NCBI GenBank assembly: GCA_900234795.1 | Contig: LT962688.1 | Span: 3,330,001 to 3,362,000 of the forward strand | Length of the DNA: 32,000 nucleotides | Source of the DNA: Methylorubrum extorquens | GTDB taxonomy: Bacteria; Pseudomonadota; Alphaproteobacteria; Rhizobiales; Beijerinckiaceae | Direction of reading: 5' to 3' | Part shown: positions 31,223 to 32,000 of the stretch, piece by piece | How the letters are laid out: the number at the start of each line of letters is the position of its first letter | Numbering within the stretch: position 1 is the first letter of the stretch | Translations under genes and position numbers: made by a program | The notes under the pieces: generated by a model | The model's database searches: none | The model's input: only the letters and a program-made list of their open reading frames with translations | Told to the model about the DNA's origin: nothing

Positions 31223-32000
31223 ATGGGCCAACAGGCAGGACGGCGGGTGAGCGACGCGGCCGACGACATCCTGACGAAGCCTCTCGGTGTCGCGGACAAA
31301 GCGGCCCGTCCGCGCTTTGCCGTGCGCCCGTCCGCAGGCGCGGCGGTGGGCGTCGGTGCGCTAGTCGTGGCCCTGCTCGCCGGCGGCATCGCCCTCACCG
31401 GTGATCCCCGCGGCGGCGAGCCTCGGGCGCAGGCGCTCATCGAGATCCGCGAGGCCCCGGCCTCCGTCCCCCGCATCGCCGACGCCGCACCGCCCGCTGC
31501 GAAAGGACCGGCCCAGTCCGCCAGCGAGGTCGAGCAGGCCTCCGGCGTCAGCGTGTTCCGCCCCGACGGTTCGACGGCCCCCGATGCGCCGGTGATCATC
31601 CGCGTCCCGAACGCCGCCCAGGTGAAGCTCGCGCCGGCCCCCGATGCACGCCTGACCGAGCGCGGGCGCCACGGCCCCCTGCCCCGGATCGGCGAAGGGC
31701 GGCTGCGGCCGCTCGACGTTTATGCCCGCCCGGACGAGCCCGGCACCGGACCGCGCATCGCCGTCCTCGTCTCCGGTCTCGGCATCGGCGAGATGGCCAC
31801 CCTCGGCGCCATCGCCCGGCTTCCCGCCGCGGTGAGCCTTGCGCTCTCGCCCTACGGCACCGACCTCGAAAAGACCGCGGCCCGCGCCCGCGAGGCCGGC
31901 CACGAGATCCTGCTCCAACTGCCGATGGAGCCGTTCGACTATCCCGACAGCGATCCCGGTCCGCAGACGCTCCTGGCCTCGGCCCGCCCCGGCGAGAACC
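31223..32000 (+). CDS. divergent polysaccharide deacetylase (YibQ-like) family protein, 3' end outside the window
   Basis: The frame is open to the window end and is not in the ORF track because no stop is reached. It has an N-terminal TM (AVGVGALVVALLAGGIAL). The conserved core is RIAVLVSGLGIGEMATLGAIARLPAAVSLALSPYG...GHEILLQLPMEPFDYPDSDPGPQTLL. The start is ATG at 31223, or GTG at 31247 (the latter has AGGA 6 nt upstream). Confidence 0.75.
   Translation, partial: MGQQAGRRVSDAADDILTKPLGVADKAARPRFAVRPSAGAAVGVGALVVALLAGGIALTGDPRGGEPRAQALIEIREAPASVPRIADAAPPAAKGPAQSASEVEQASGVSVFRPDGSTAPDAPVIIRVPNAAQVKLAPAPDARLTERGRHGPLPRIGEGRLRPLDVYARPDEPGTGPRIAVLVSGLGIGEMATLGAIARLPAAVSLALSPYGTDLEKTAARAREAGHEILLQLPMEPFDYPDSDPGPQTLLASARPGEN

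Noticed and set aside
1-32000. Searched by eye for CRISPR arrays, tRNA/rRNA genes, IS/transposase/integrase genes, prophage or defence-island hallmarks, and toxin-antitoxin pairs
   Set aside because: None was found. Intergenic spaces are short and are explained by hairpins or repeats. The gene content is core metabolism and envelope functions with uniform high GC, apart from small promoter-proximal AT-rich patches. The window therefore does not look like an accessory or defence island. A tRNA or ncRNA scan with proper tools would still be needed for certainty.

Overview
High-GC (roughly 70%) chromosomal segment that looks like a Rhizobiales/Methylobacterium-type alphaproteobacterium. This placement rests on composition and gene content only, since no database search was possible. 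About 32 tightly packed protein genes can be supported. I found no rRNA, tRNA, CRISPR array, transposase, integrase or phage gene by eye. Most of the content is core or stress metabolism: nitroreductase, flavin reductase, a catalase-related protein, GST, OsmC, glutathione reductase, rpiA, a HAD phosphatase and argG. It also holds a Zn-alcohol dehydrogenase, a GGDEF-EAL protein, an MHS-type MFS transporter, and the conserved envelope cluster rlmH / EnvC-like M23 / CtpA / YibQ-like. The best candidate for an undescribed system is a translationally coupled pair at 9486-12151 (minus strand). It encodes a radical-SAM protein with a helix-hairpin-helix, followed by a fusion of a DUF4130-like domain to a UdgX-type uracil-DNA-binding domain (GEQPG, KRRIH and HPS motifs). 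A perfect alphaproteobacterial SOS box (GTTC-N7-GTTC) abuts its start codon, an intrinsic terminator insulates it from upstream osmC, and recX lies about 600 bp upstream on the same strand. The second notable signal is a structured, roughly 107-bp MITE-like repeat with 14-bp terminal inverted repeats. It occurs as two full copies, one solo half-module and possibly one diverged relic. It generates false ORF extensions and sits beside a truncated DUF4424-like gene. Other items are several unknown-function proteins with internal duplications, an SLT + DUF2336 overlapping pair, and a degenerate CitE-like protein. All family names come from motif recognition by eye and need HMM/BLAST confirmation. 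Start codons are often ambiguous in this GC-rich DNA.
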